A DNA stretch of 64,000 nt from Octopus vulgaris (lineage: Eukaryota): the NCBI GenBank assembly GCA_951406725.2, contig OX597830.1:38564001-38628000 (forward strand), in the 5' to 3' direction. Below are positions 23,449 to 37,870 of this stretch, piece by piece (position 1 is the stretch's first letter; the number at the start of each line of letters is the position of its first letter). A program made the translations under genes and the position numbers. The notes under the pieces are model-generated. The model ran no database searches. It worked only from the letters and a program-made list of their open reading frames with translations, and was not told the DNA's origin.

Positions 23449-24179
23449 CATACATACATACATGCATACATATATATATGTATATATATATATATACACA
23501 CATATATAGATGAAGAGACAGATACAAAACTCATAAGACATGCATACATGGCGTGTGTAGATAAATTTAGATAAACTTGAATGGCTGTTCACGGGAATAA
23601 GGATCCAGCTGGGATCTTTCAATCATTTCATTAGTTTTTGTAATGGGAATATATGCTCCGACAGCTTATGTTGCGACGCATTTTGAAGAATTACTATTCT
23701 TGTTGTGACTTATACTGCACTGATGATGAGAAAAACAATTCAGATACCTAAAAAAGGTACCTCATAACATTCAGAACAGAGGGTAAAGGGCCTAGGGCAT
23801 CTTTACACGGCTGGCATGAGTGGAAGAGATTGCTGTATTGGATTTCAGTAATTAGTGAAATAGAGTGAAAGGATCTTTATTACTGGAATGGCAAATATTT
23901 AATGTTTAATTGCACTTTGGTATCAACGTTCTGTTTTTCTCTCGTTCCAGGAGGCTGTGACAGCTACTACCATCGGTATTCAAAGAATTTCATACAAGTA
24001 AGGGCTTTATGAACATGAATGTTTTTGGGGATGCTCCAATTAGTAACGCGTGGCCTCTAATTTATCATAAGGTAAGTGATTGTCGGAAAACCTACAGGCG
24101 GACCTTTAGTTGATGCAAATTGGAGGTGATTTGAGGCGTGGTTCGACCTTGTAGGAAGGGTTTGGCTTTTCTTCCTACA

Positions 24180-24460
24180 ACTCAATTATTCCCCAAGAAA
24201 ACTTTGAAGAATTGGCAGGTAGACATTTTCAGAAAGAAATAAGAGAAGCTTGAAGCAAAAACTCTACTAATTTTATCGTGCATCTTCAGCATTGCGCAAG
24301 TGGTACGCAAGCGCATATCGTGCACCGATCTATATTCAATGTCAGTGGAATAAATTTAGTTTGTAATTGGTTCCATATTTCATGGACGCTCATACTCATT
24401 GAATAAAATTGATATGGGAACTTGATAAGAAGAAATTGCGCAAAACCTGCAATAAATCAA
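24180..24460 (+). pseudogene. Possible pogo/Tigger (CENP-B HTH) transposase relic
   Basis: Frameshifted pieces NKEKL-like, RKR and WF are spaced as in Tigger N-termini; weak. Confidence 0.25.
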
Positions 24461-27400
24461 TTAGTGTGGTGTTGCTGAGAATCTCAACTTTTATTTTTTT
24501 TTTTATCTAGAGAAAATCGTACATCGGCAGATAAAAGATATTACGTGAAAGAAGGATACAGAGGAGTGTGAGAAAATACCAAAGTAAGCGAAAATTATTA
24601 AACATTAAGGTTAAGAAAGGAGACACAATAAGATTGTATTCTTTCTGTTTTGATCGTTGGAGTTTTAGTACATGCAGATGTTATGGAAGGATTAGCAAAT
24701 GAGAAAGGAGGGTAGATGAGGCAAGCAACAATAGATAAAATGACATCGAAACTTTGTATAGTTTTTGGAAATGTGCAAAACAGGAACGATGAACATTTTG
24801 TAAAGCAAGGCAAGTAAAATATGTGGCGGGTAGATCTGAGGACAGGAGACTGGATGTACGTGCTCTACAAGGATAACTATTTGGAGATGGTTTCAAGTAA
24901 TATGTATGGTTCGGTGTGCATTGGAAATGTGGGTAGAGCGAACTACTGGGCTGCATAGAAGAGTAGTTCTTATTGGATAGCTCAGAAGTTGTCAAGGAGC
25001 ATTCGAGAAGTTGAAGGCTATGTTCTTCCGATGTAGGCAGCTAGAGAGTTACAATAATATATGCAGAAGAATAAATTGAGATCTAGTGTGACATTAATGA
25101 TCTTCCGCTGTTGATAATTTAATTTGACCATAATCATATAATCATGGAGTAGAGTTAAAAAATGCTTGAAATTTTTAACATGATAAATTCTTACATAACT
25201 CTGCTTTATTGTTTTACGATAGTGTAAGTTAATATTAAGATGTTCTATAAATGGATTAAAAAATAAGTTAGCCAAACCACACTATGTGTGTATTGATATC
25301 ATATTTCTTACACAATATTAGTAGCGCAGACCATACAATGTTGATGCTTAGTTATCGATTATTGATACCTTAAAGACAGTTGCTCTGGTGCCGAGGATAT
25401 GTCATACTAATGTTAAAGTAGTTGATTCTTAAAATGAAATTTGATACCTTAATACTCCGATATTAATATCGAGAGGAAGTTGTAGCGAATGATAGTATAG
25501 AAATGTAGTTTTGACTACTGATGAGGGTGATGAAAAACCATTAATTGGAATATATCCCCTCAATTATGAATGATTGGAATAAAGTAAGATGAAATTAAAC
25601 TAGTCCAATACAATGTGTGTAGCACGTAAATAATCTTTTAAGTTGACACATAGCTGATACGATATTTCCGTTTTGATCATAAAATCAAACTGTATTACAT
25701 ATTTACTTCGAGCTGTTGCGTTTTCGAAAAAGAAGAATGTTTTTCTGCTGTTAAAATTCATTTCAATGGCGATGTTCATTTATAAAGTTACTAACATACC
25801 ACTATCAATAACAATTATCCTTCTACATAAAGCACGTTTCTATAGTCTATAATGTTGATTAAAATATCTTCATTTACTACGGTTTATAATTTCTTATTAT
25901 GCTCGAAGAGCTAGGTGCTGGAGCAACGTAAAACGACTTTTTATGCTAGTCTTCAAAAACAATAGAATGTCTTATGGTCAATGATAAACCTCCGTAGAGA
26001 AATCAACACAAGATTAGTATACAGTTTGTTGACGGAAACACGCACACATCATTATTTATGTTTTGAACTATTTCTTTGTAAATATTGTATCGTTTTTATA
26101 TTTATTTATTCTTCACACATTTTTATATTTCTAATAAACATTTACGTCAATACGATTCTTTTCATTTGCAACTATTCTGATCATAAAACACATAAAAAAT
26201 ATGATAAGCGCTAACTAAAATAATAAAATAATTTTAATTTGTTTCATCTAATGTTGAAGAATCATAATCGTTTTATATTTGTTCTTTTATAATCAGCCTA
26301 ATAATAATTCACATTTTTTACGCTTGGCTTCATCAATTCAGCACTTAAAATAATATATTGATTCAATTTATTTCACTACGTTTATATTGTTTCTTCGTTC
26401 CTTTTCTTTCTTATTTTTGATTTTTATTTAAGACTGCGATTATTATATTTTCACTATATTTGTATAACTTTTTATATAATTTTTCCAATTAGAGAAAATT
26501 GGAAAAGTTCCGGTAAAAATCATCCATTTTTATTCGGAACTTTCTGCACATTGACGCCTCAGAGATTATTTTACAGTCGCCCTCAAATATGACCTTAATA
26601 TCGACTTCACTAAATAATTCTCATCGCTTCTTTCATTTCATAATTTTACTTTCATATTATTAGTCCATATTTTAATAAGCGAAGAATAATTTTGTATAAC
26701 TTCTCTAGGTATAAGGACAGCGAAATGTGATTTTATAGATGGGAAACTACTTCGTCGTATAATCAATATTTCTTATTGTCTGCTGTTTTCAAGCCATTTT
26801 TAACGTATTAATTATGAATATTAATCGTTCATACATTCATTGAGATACGTCAATAATTTATGTTAACGAGAGACAATAATTCAACATCAAAGTAAGTTTA
26901 GTGTATCGAATGTGTATAGTAAAAGATGTGTGAGGTATCAAAGAAAGTGTCATAACTGCGACATGGTACTAGATTATTTCTTTATTCGCTTATTTATTTC
27001 ACTCGGCCACTCAAAACAACACACGATGATGTTTAGGGAAAAACAATTCAAACAGTATTGTGAACTTCCAGTCCTGGAATGAGTGATAGTTGATCATATT
27101 CTGAAGAACGTGTTCCTCGTAAATATATTCCTAATATCCCTAGGCGAAGTATGTAAATATGTTTCATAAATCTAAGAATTTTACAATACGTTTGCCTGCC
27201 TCCAAAATATATGTTCACAGTCCTCGGGAAGTGGAAAGATGGATACATCTGGGCATTTTGTGCAGCAGCGAGTAAATCTGAATTCCAGCTGCAGAACTAG
27301 ATTATTTTCTCGATATCCTCTTTACTTTCAAACGATCTTGCAATAACCCAATGCGCATTGTACACCTTCTTTTCATTACACAATCGTAAAAAATTGGAAA

Positions 27401-27952
27401 AAATACGTTTATAAAACTTCTGGAATTTACCTTTTTCTTTTTATTTACTTATACTAGCTACAAGGTGTTTTAAATACTACCAAATACATAAGGTATTTTT
27501 TCTTAAATGTTCTTCGTGTTCTTAGTCATCGAAGAAGTCGATTATAATTGTGTATCGTTGCGATATCTATTCAGAAGTAGAAACCTTTCCGGTTGACCTT
27601 CCGTATTTCAGCAGCATCTGTGAAGTAGGGCAGCTGATAGCATTCTACAGCGGTGGTATAGTTCGGTTGGTTTGGTTACTATAGTAATAGTGGTCATGGT
27701 GTCCTTTAAACTGTAGCCGTATGCTCGAAAATACTGATAGAGTTTCTTACACCCACGGTCTTTTCCAGTAAATGTGCAACGTACTGTAAATATGTAACCA
27801 AATGTTATCCCCTATATTACTTGGTAACGTTATCTCTATAGATATTCTACAGAACTTATAGCAAGCAATGCATTTTGTTACGACTGTTCGTACACGAGAC
27901 GTCAGATGTAAACAAACAATGATATCGAAGATGAAAAGTGGGTAATAGTTGC

Positions 27953-27993
27953 TTATGCCATATTTCGGGCGTTTTTGCCTCTTCATCAGCACC
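27953..27993 (-). ncRNA. Degenerate minimal hammerhead-like motif
   Basis: Minus strand GGTG-CTGATGA-AGAGGC-AAAAAC-GCCC-GAAA-TATGG-CAT; the cleavage triplet is non-canonical. Confidence 0.35.
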
Positions 27994-30900
27994 CATCCAA
28001 ACCATTAATCATCCTCGAACAAATTTCTTAAAAAGCCTCTATACAGAGTGTAGTATGGCTATTGGATATACAATTTTACAAAGTAAACGGATTCGTGGAG
28101 TCTGGTACAAGCTACAAGACACGCTCATTCATTTCTGAGGAATGCTTGTTTCTGCAGAAATATAAAACTGATCTGAAGAAAAATGTACGCAGCAGTAAGG
28201 TTTTTTTTTAATTGATGGATCGACGACTGGTTCACAACACAAAGAAGACGGAATATTAAGCAATATTCAGCACAGCAACGAGAAATTAAAGAGCATAAAG
28301 AAGAAACGTATATGTTGTGTGCATACTCTTACAAGTTGAAGGGTCGTTGTTATATCTCACGGGAAATTTGATATTATAGCTGAACAATCTACGATTGTTA
28401 ATTATCATTTGAAGTCAACGTCTATCTTGCTTCCACGATTCATGGATTGACAGTGTAATTTACTTTGTCTGCGTTTTAAACTACTTGCGCATTAGATATA
28501 TATATATATAAGTTTAGGTGTACTTTAAATATGCCTTCATTCTACGTAGACAAACGTAACACATACCAATGATTTGAGATTAATTGGCATAGGAAACGTG
28601 TTGTAACATGACCAAGCAGAAAAAAGGGCCAAATACCAATATATTCTGGTGTGTTATTTGATACGAAATTTATTTTCTCCACAATATCGTTTCAAATTTG
28701 TCCTGTATATAATTGTTGTTGAGGCTACTAATGGTTGTAAATTACCTCGTATTTTTATATTTACAACGGAAAAAAATTCCTATAAGGATTAAATTAATAT
28801 ATTGTTTGTAATATGGAGAAAGTTTTTTTTTTGTTTTCAATAGGTGCGCTCATAATATGTTCCAACCAAATCAATATTTGCCACGTAGTTTCAGTATCAA
28901 GTTACAGTTCATATAAAACGATCTACAATAGAATCCTATAGTTATTAGATGTCTGCATTAAATACTTCAAATTATTATATAGTAAATACATTCACAACCA
29001 TGACTTCAATGAAATAGCACTGAAGTAGATTCGAAGGTCTTCCAGCCATTGTGTATATCATGCTGCTCCCGGGGCATACTTGATTATCAGATTTATAAAT
29101 ATACTAAACAGATCAAACTGCGTTTATGAGTTGGAAAAATAGTGAGAAAAATAGTTGATTTTAATTTTTACTGTTAACAAATTTTGTAAATTTTGTTGTG
29201 TCAGGAGGGAGTCATACTGCCTTAATATCTGCCACTCACCGGTTCAATTTTCACTCACTTATTTATTTAATTTTTTTGTCTTCCAAAAATGTCCGTTGCT
29301 CTTGCAGCCTTGTCAATGGATGTCGACTCTATTCGTCATCGGTAAAGATCAGTATTCATCCATTTCAATTGAAAATAGAATTTATAAATGAAAGCAGTCA
29401 TAAATTTACTTCGAAAATAACTTTTATTTTACTCTGCCACAAATTACTACACAATGTAATCTTAAATTTGGCACAGAAGTGTTTAAGATTCTCAAGATGG
29501 TTTTGTTTTATGTTTCTTCATACTATTTAGAGACTTAAACATTGTGACATGAATTATAACGTTTTGAAATACCTACGTCACATATTGCATTTCTGTTCAT
29601 TCGCAGTAATTAATGCCGCTGTCTAGGTTCTAAGCAGAGTAAATTATTGGTTCCATTATATTGACCATCCTTTGTTATTGAACGTGATATAAGAAAATAT
29701 AAACTGTAAGTGAAATAATTCAAAATCAGAACATTGACGCAACACAACAGTTAGGCTACTATAAATCATTTCGTGAGAACATGATAATTTTCAAATCATT
29801 TGTATGGTCAGTGATTTTGAAGAACCAAAGCACATAGAAAATAGAAAAGAAAATTATTCAATGTAAATATTTCTCATTAATGCCTAATGAAATTTCTGAT
29901 TAGCGCGTTAATCCTCCAATGTGTTGTGTTACAGGTTAATGCATAATTCTATTCATAAGAGACATAATTCAAGAGTAATAAGTCTGACTAAATCAATTAT
30001 GATTATACTGCAGCGTGAAATTGTTTCATTATTTCCAGTGCCTTACAACGAAGAGTCGTAATTTTTTATAATGAGTAAGATGTAGAAATTGGTAAAGGCA
30101 GATTATATATAATATTCCATTTGTAAATATATTGGATTTGATTAGATGTGATTGAGTGATGATTGATTATATACTGTATCTCCTGACAATTATACTAGAA
30201 ATATGCTATGTGGGTATTCATGGCTAACGAATTAAATATATAATATGTAATGCAGACGACGATATTAGAGAATGTTTCAAGGAAACGTGTCGGTTGTTCA
30301 CGGGTATATTTAAAATTAACAGTGGAATAGAATATAAAATGAAGCGCAGAATATTGCATTTTTTCACGATGTATATGTTTTTAAAATATAATTCAGTGTT
30401 GCAGTGTGGAATGATAGAAACTTTTGGTGTAGGCCAATACCACAGTTTGTAATACATAATATAAACGTGTTAAAATGAGATTTCAACAGTGACCACGATT
30501 TCGGGTAAGCATGAGAACATTTAATGGTAAATAACAGGCATTCCGTCGTTAAACAAGATATGGTTGGTTTATACTCTATTGTAAATGAATGTGTTTTTAA
30601 TTTTCGAAGTTCACCATGACACAGAAACAATAGTCCCAAACTTTAGGATCAGAATCTGTTTTTGTGAATTTATCTCACAGCAAATTGTCTCTGACGATTA
30701 GGATTTTCAAGACGCTAACATTTCATGAGTGTACGAAATATGTCATTTATGATTTTCACATATTTTTATGTTTAAGAAAAGTGCAATCATTTCATTTACT
30801 ATCGAAATCCTTTAACTTATGAGACTAATATGATTAAGGAAAATAAGAGTATAAAATAATTTCCTAGGAAGTAATTTTGAAAATGGCAACCAACACGCTT

Positions 30901-31890
30901 ATTTTAGGAAAAGTATACTGAATAAGAATGATTCTTTCAGTGAACAGACACTAAATCGTCCCTGCAAGAGTGAATGGGAAATTGAACCACGGCAAAAGTA
31001 TTATTAACAATGTAGAAACCTAACTACTATTCCAGAGAATATTTCCTCAAATTCATTTCTACCAATCTTCCGCATTAACATTCCAACTTTCATTACGTAA
31101 TACATTCTTCGATAACGGAAATTCTTAAATACTTGATAGTCGTTTCTTGGGTTCCTTTTATGACCACTCTCTCATGTCAAACAATAAATAATAGATTTAT
31201 GTGATCGATATCTTCCCGTATCGCTCATCAAAGCATGTTAAATCAGCCTCAAGTGTATTTTAAAGAGGAATCACTGAATAATAGCGAAGCAAATCTGATG
31301 CAATCATTGGATGAAGATTATCTTTGATGTGTACATATGCCGAATTGGGTGGGATTAAGCGATGTATATAAACCTCGTAGATGTTAGGAAAACATAGAAG
31401 TTTCTCCTACTTAAGTATAATATCACAATCTGCTGATCCCTGTCTTTTGTTGCGACCATCCCTACCAAAGTACATCACTGATTTGTTTTACACGATCCGA
31501 TCACTTGATTTTATCTTGTCGTTCATACTGGTTGAAATCGTTGTCTAAAGCTAGTCCAAAACTCAATTTATATCTAATAGAACGACGAAAGAACACATTG
31601 ATTCACATAGTTACATTATAGCAGAAATAAGTGGGAATGCCTTTGATCATATATCTACTTAACTACTGCTAAAGTAAGGCTAAATAGCAAGAACAATAGC
31701 ATTGACTTGCATTCTAATAATATTTATCAACAACATAATAGAATGAGATTAGGAAAAGTTAAGTCTATTTTCAATACATGACTGGAAATCACGGCAATTC
31801 TCTCGATTGAACTGGTAACTGTCAAGGCACATGACGTTAAATTTCCTTCTTTCTCACTTTGGTTTCCCTCCATCTCTCTCGCATACTTTA

Positions 31891-31966
<76 letters not shown>

Positions 31967-31968
<2 letters not shown>

Positions 31969-32197
31969 GTTGTATACTGTCAATCTAACGTGACAGTAGG
32001 GGATTACTTCACCGCTGTTTAGCCCTGGAAGCATCGACGTTTCCTGATGGCTTCGACACATTTTTCCTGTGTCCTTATATATTTACGAAGGGGAGACAAA
32101 CACCCCCAGCAGCCAGGCCTGCATCTAGATGCTTCCTAGGGCCAAACAGCGGTGGTGTAATCCCCTACTGTCACGTTAGATTGACAGTATACAACCA
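31967..32197. repeat. Fold-back insert with ~70-bp inverted arms
   Basis: 31967-32035 is the reverse complement of 32128-32197 with few mismatches; adjacent to (TA)n(GA)n. Confidence 0.9.
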
Positions 32198-32347
32198 CTC
32201 TATCGCCCCACCACCGTACATATCTCTATGAGATATTTAGAAATTTAATATTTCTGATTATATATATATACAAATATAATATAAGCATAACTGTACACAC
32301 ACACACATATATATATGTATGTAGATTTGTTGTATATATACATGTAT

Positions 32348-32378
<31 letters not shown>

Positions 32379-32379
32379 T

Positions 32380-32472
<93 letters not shown>

Positions 32473-32475
32473 GAT
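32348..32475. repeat. (GATA)n microsatellite
   Basis: Visible. Confidence 0.95.
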
Positions 32476-33196
32476 ATAAAATGTATAATTGATTTATGGA
32501 ATGAAGTTCTAAAAATCCAATCATATTTGTCAAAAATGGAAAAGAGGAGATGTTACAAAGTTGTAATGTATTTATTCGTGCAGACAATCATTTCGTACAT
32601 AGATATAAATTCATTTTCGAATTTGCAAATATCAAAGTACTCATGAGTGCAGAGCAAAATTAGTAGGTATTTAAAAAAAAAAACAGAGAAGTAGTTGGAT
32701 CTATGAATTTCATGTTTACGTGTTCCTATCTATGTGTGATAGTGATGGGAGACATGTCAATTATTAAAGGACAACTCGTTGTAGTTTAATATGTACGCGA
32801 AACGATTGTATGCACGAATAAACGTCTTAGAAATTTTAACATCTTATATCCTCCATTTTGGATAAATATGATTAAATTTGTAGAACATTCCATAAATTAA
32901 ACATAAACTTAATATATTAATGCTACTTTTAATATCTTCGCCAGTTTGTACAAATAAGCACCCAGCAAAGTATGAAGAATCAACGTTAGGAATGTTTTGG
33001 GAAACCACTCAAGTTAATGGACGAATCCACATTCAACCACTTACACACGTATATATGTGCGTATGTATGTGTACGTATATATATATATATGTGTGTGTGT
33101 GTCTATGTGTGTGTTTGTGCGCGTGTGTATGTTTGTATAGGTAATATAAGTGTTATAATATCCTAACACGCATACACACACACGCACGCACACACG

Positions 33197-33274
<78 letters not shown>

Positions 33275-34499
33275 AAACTTGCATCTTTTTCATTTCAAAT
33301 AACTGCAAAGCACTATGCAGTTACTGGGTATATTGGGACGGAAAAGCCTTGCTCTGATTTTCGCTAAATATTTAATACATTCTTTGGTCTGGATCCATCA
33401 GTTAAAACATCTAATTGAATGGATAAATATACATTTGATGAAATATTTTTCCTATCGCCGGAAATAATCCAGCATAATACTGTTTCTCATATACTTTTCT
33501 AACTTTAGAGACAACTGTAGAATAATATTTCCCCCAATCACGTGCGGAACAAATAGAATCAATAAATTTGAAGTCGTGAGTGTTGATGTAACTTAATCTG
33601 CTTAGTAAAAATTAAAATATCTATGCACAGAATACCATATATAAGTTTATATTTCTTCAGAGATGTTCCACAGTGAGCTATGTATGATGCCTATTATAGA
33701 AGTCAAATTGTCGTTTTAACTTCTGAAATGTGTAGAGGCTGAAAACATCTAAACTGTGTACTATTTAATCAGTAATTACATTATTCCTATCTATATTTTT
33801 CTGAATCGATATGAAAAATTCATTGGGAAAATACACTCTATTGACATAGAGTTTGATAAATTAATTGCAAATTATATTTAGCTGTAACTTTATTGTCAAT
33901 ACGTTTTCATTATTACAATTCTTAGAGTGGTAGTTATACATTCTATTTTTTCAAAAGTTTATTCTATATTAAGTTGAATATAAAAAGACACACCTTGTTG
34001 AAATTAAATGCATTTAAAGCGAAATCCGCAAAATATATATCACATTCTATTAAAAAGTCTAGCACTGAAGAAAAGTGATGGTCCAGACTCAATTTTTTTT
34101 TACTATATTTGTATACATCTAAAATAAACATTATTTTCCTCTCTTTTCTATATAAAGAAACTCATTAATCTACAGGAACAATAGACAGTAATTTGTTTTA
34201 ATTCCTTTTAGAATTCACATTTCTTCTCTTTATGTTCAATTTATATCAAGTTAATGGTTTCTTTTTAAAATTAGGATTGTGATAAGTACAAAGGAATAAG
34301 GAGTTAATCTTGGAACACATCGACAAATAAATTCTGATTTCGTCGACAAAGAACGTAAATATATGAAAATAGTAAAGACAAGATGAATGGTAGACAATTC
34401 GATATTTTACTGACTATAAAAACATTGCAAACCATATCTATTTTTCTCCAAGTAACTGTGTGTGTATGCGTGTGTGTATGTGTATGTGGACTGCACACA

Positions 34500-35729
34500 C
34501 TACCGTACCATCACCCTGATCCCCCATGTAAGTAACATTCTCCTTAAAATCATCCAGAAGCGCCTGAACACAACTATTGAGAGAGAATTGCCAGAGGTGC
34601 AAGCTGGCTTCAGAAAGGGAAGGGGCACCCGCGATCACATCGCCAACCTACGGTGGATTATGGCAAAGGCAAGAGAATACCAAAAGAAGCTGTACATGTG
34701 TTTCATCAATTACTCCAAAGCCTTTGACAGCATTGATCATGACAAGTTATAGAAATGTCTGGAGGAAATGGGAGCACCTTTACATCTTGTCCAGCTTATT
34801 AGATCACTCTATCAAAATCAAGAGTACGGACACCATATGGCGAAACTGATTGGTTGCATCCTGTCACCAGAAGCCTTCAATATGTACGCTGAAAAGGCCA
34901 TGAGGAATGCAGGCCTGGAGGATAGCAGCATTGGAGTGAGGATTGGAGGAAGAAATATTAATAACCTTCGCTATGCAGATGATACAACCCTGCTGGCGGA
35001 GAGTGGTAAGAATCTGGAGGATCTTGTCCTGCTCGTCAAGAAAGAGAGTGAGAAATTTGGGCTGTACCTTAATGTTAAGAAAACGAAGATCATGCCCACA
35101 GCAGCCACAACAAACATCAACATCAAGATCGAAGTGGTTGATGATTTCATCTTCCTTGGCTCCAAAATAAATCGAGATGGTGACTGCACTCCAGAAATAA
35201 GACAGCGGATAGTACTAGGCAGAGAGGCAATGGCCAGCATGAGCAGGGTCTGGAAGAGTAGAGACATCAGACGCGCTACCAAATGCAGATTGGTGAATGC
35301 AATTGTCTTCCCAATAGCAACATATGGATGCGAGACCTGGACACTAAAGAAAGCTGACCAGAAGAGAATTAATTCATTCGAGCTTTGGTGTTGGAGAAGG
35401 CATTTACGGATTCTATGGACAGCGAGGCTCACCAATGGAGAAGTTCTTGAGCAGGTCATGCCGAAAATGTCGCTAGAAGCTAGGATCACTAAGCATAGAT
35501 CGGCATATCTTGGTCATATTATGCGGAGAAAATCCCTGGGGAAGGACATCATGCTCGGAATGGTCAGTGGCAAGTGACGAAGAGGCTGACCAAGAACCTG
35601 CTGTCTTGACACCATCAGGACTGATACCGGAATCGACATAGCCAATCTGAAAGAAGCGGCCCAGGATAGAACTGACTGGAGGACACTGATCCATATCGAG
35701 TAACCGAGAGTCGACTTCGACTGAGCGGA
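34500..35729 (+). mobile_element. 5'-truncated RTE-clade (BovB-like) LINE, RT and C-terminus, disrupted
   Basis: YRTITLIPH, QAGFRKGRGTRDHI, INYSKAFDSI, GCILSP, NNLRYADDT, FIFLGS, YGCETW, FELWCWRR and YLGHIMR; stop at 34750 plus deletions; ends in (TA)n. Confidence 0.95.
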
Positions 35730-37329
35730 TATATATATATATTTATATATATATATATGCTTGTGTGTGTGTGTATGTGTGTATGTGTGTATGTGTGGGT
35801 GGGTGTGTTTACAAATTCAAAAATACTTTTTAAATACATCTATTACAGGGATTTTGTCGTGAAATACCAAACGATGTTATAATATAAGCGTGTTTATCAT
35901 TCACTTTTGTTTTATTTGAATTGAAATTAGTTTTCACGTCTAATTTCGTGCACAGCCCACCAGGCTCCAGTCAGCATTATTGCGACTGATATGTTGCTAT
36001 ATCGATTTATCTGATTACGATGTCTTTGGTACCCTGATATCAATGAAGAACTGTTTCCGAAATCATTTTATCGTCAAGCGGTGGCCAATGATAGGAGGTG
36101 GAAAACCCATTCAAAGCCCAAAGCGCCGTAATCAATAAACCCACACATCCGGTTTGCCACTTTAGCTATTCTGTCAAAGACCCTTTCTGAACTTTATTCA
36201 TCAACCATTTAAGATTGTAATGTAAAGCTGGTTTCGGCTGGATTGGAAAAACGATCAAATACAGCATAGATAAATACCGAAAATCGGTTCTATGTAACCT
36301 TCTAACGGCTTTACCTGTTTACCAGCTTTATACCGCCATGCTTCCACAATTTCTTAGCAACTCATATGTAAACAAGAAGTGGAATTTGTTTTGAACCTTG
36401 ATTTCTGCCCTGCCACTGTGTGTGTGTGTGTATGTGTGTGTATGATGAAATTCTTTTATATAGAGAGGAACACGAACTGCCTCCTAAACTCACTGTGAGC
36501 AATATTTTGTCCTATAACATCCATCACATGGTAAAACATATTTCATATTCGAAATCATGGTATTTCATATTCGAAATGTTCCCAAACGTACCTCTGTAAG
36601 CTTACACATACAAAATATAATACATCTGTAAGTATTTGCTACATATATATGCATATACACACAAAGTTACAAAGAGATATATAAGAATGAGGTGTGGTAA
36701 ATAGGAAGATAGAGACATGCAATTAATTCCAAAAGACAAGCATGTAGATATGTATGTAAATATAAGTATAACGTATGTGCATACATCATATGTACATAAT
36801 CGTAGAAATACAAATACTTGACAACCAATAAATATCTTCTCAGAAAACTAATAATGTTTTTAAAATGCATTTAACAAATTGACACACATAAACAGAGGTA
36901 GATGCATATTATAAACTTAGCAGAACAGATTAAACTACAAATAGATTTCTCTTAGTCATCGGATTGATCTACGATAAAGTGTACAGTATATGAAATATTA
37001 ATAATATCAAGCCGACAAATCAGAAAATGTTCAAAAGATATTTTTGAAATTTACACTTAAATGTTAGATGTGTGAAATAACTAGACTATTTAATGGCAAC
37101 GTATTTCAAATCTTTTATCAGTTGATGTTATATTACAGGTTTCACAGATATATTATGCTCGGACATATTTTTACAATAACGGTGGATTCAGAATTTCGTC
37201 AAATTTGAAATTAAAGACTTCCCAAATCTCCAACATTACCCTTTGCAATAATAATCAATGGGATTATAAAAGCAATGAAAGTAGATATCGTACAACTGAG
37301 GGTTCCAAACAAATGTTGAAAGTAATACC

Positions 37330-37560
37330 ACGAATGGCGAACATATTCAATATGATGAAAACCAATCTACAAATACTTTCTGAAGCTCCAAATAAGATAG
37401 ATCTGGTTGAAGAAAATATAAGCAAGAGAAAATTTCGAACAAAACCTCACAAATCCAGAATTCACTTCAGGATGGAATTCAGAATTGTCAGTGAAAGCCA
37501 GTAGATACAATGTATATCAAATATACAGTAACAATAATAATTTCAAATATTTGGATATTG
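37330..37560 (+). pseudogene. Possible non-LTR RT relic (domains 6-7)
   Basis: LQILSEAPNKIDL...ISKRK and VTIIISNI/NFKYLD resemble the GLxISxxKT and FKYLG motifs; weak. Confidence 0.3.
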
Positions 37561-37613
37561 GTTCTCTAAAAATTTACAAGTAGGTACTCCTTCAAATAAA
37601 TGCGCAAACGAAT

Positions 37614-37870
37614 TGTAAAACACAGAATCTATTATATTGCATAATCTATTTGCGAAGACAATTATATCGGTGAGACTGGAAACATTTTAAATGCCAGAGA
37701 ATGCATAGATTCTATATTTAAAATGTGGAATTATTTAAGATCCCACTGAGCATACATCTAAAAATATGCGGAAATGATTCGTTTATGACCTTTCCATTCA
37801 CGTTGTGATCGAAATTACCGGAAGGAACGAAAATATATTTTATAAAAAAAGTTCTCACCAAACTTAAACA
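37614..37870 (+). pseudogene. PLE GIY-YIG endonuclease relic
   Basis: CKTQNLLYCII / CEDNYIGETGNILNAR / PLSIHLKICG...FPF / FIKKFSPNLN across frameshifts; homologous to 46632-46840. Confidence 0.7.

Noticed and set aside
23951-24071. Exon with a good acceptor and AAG/GTAAGT donor
   Set aside because: All three frames contain stops; a non-coding exon cannot be supported without transcript data.
26481-26543. Two overlapping short hairpins
   Set aside because: The stems are AT-rich and short, so plausible by chance or slippage; there is no associated element.
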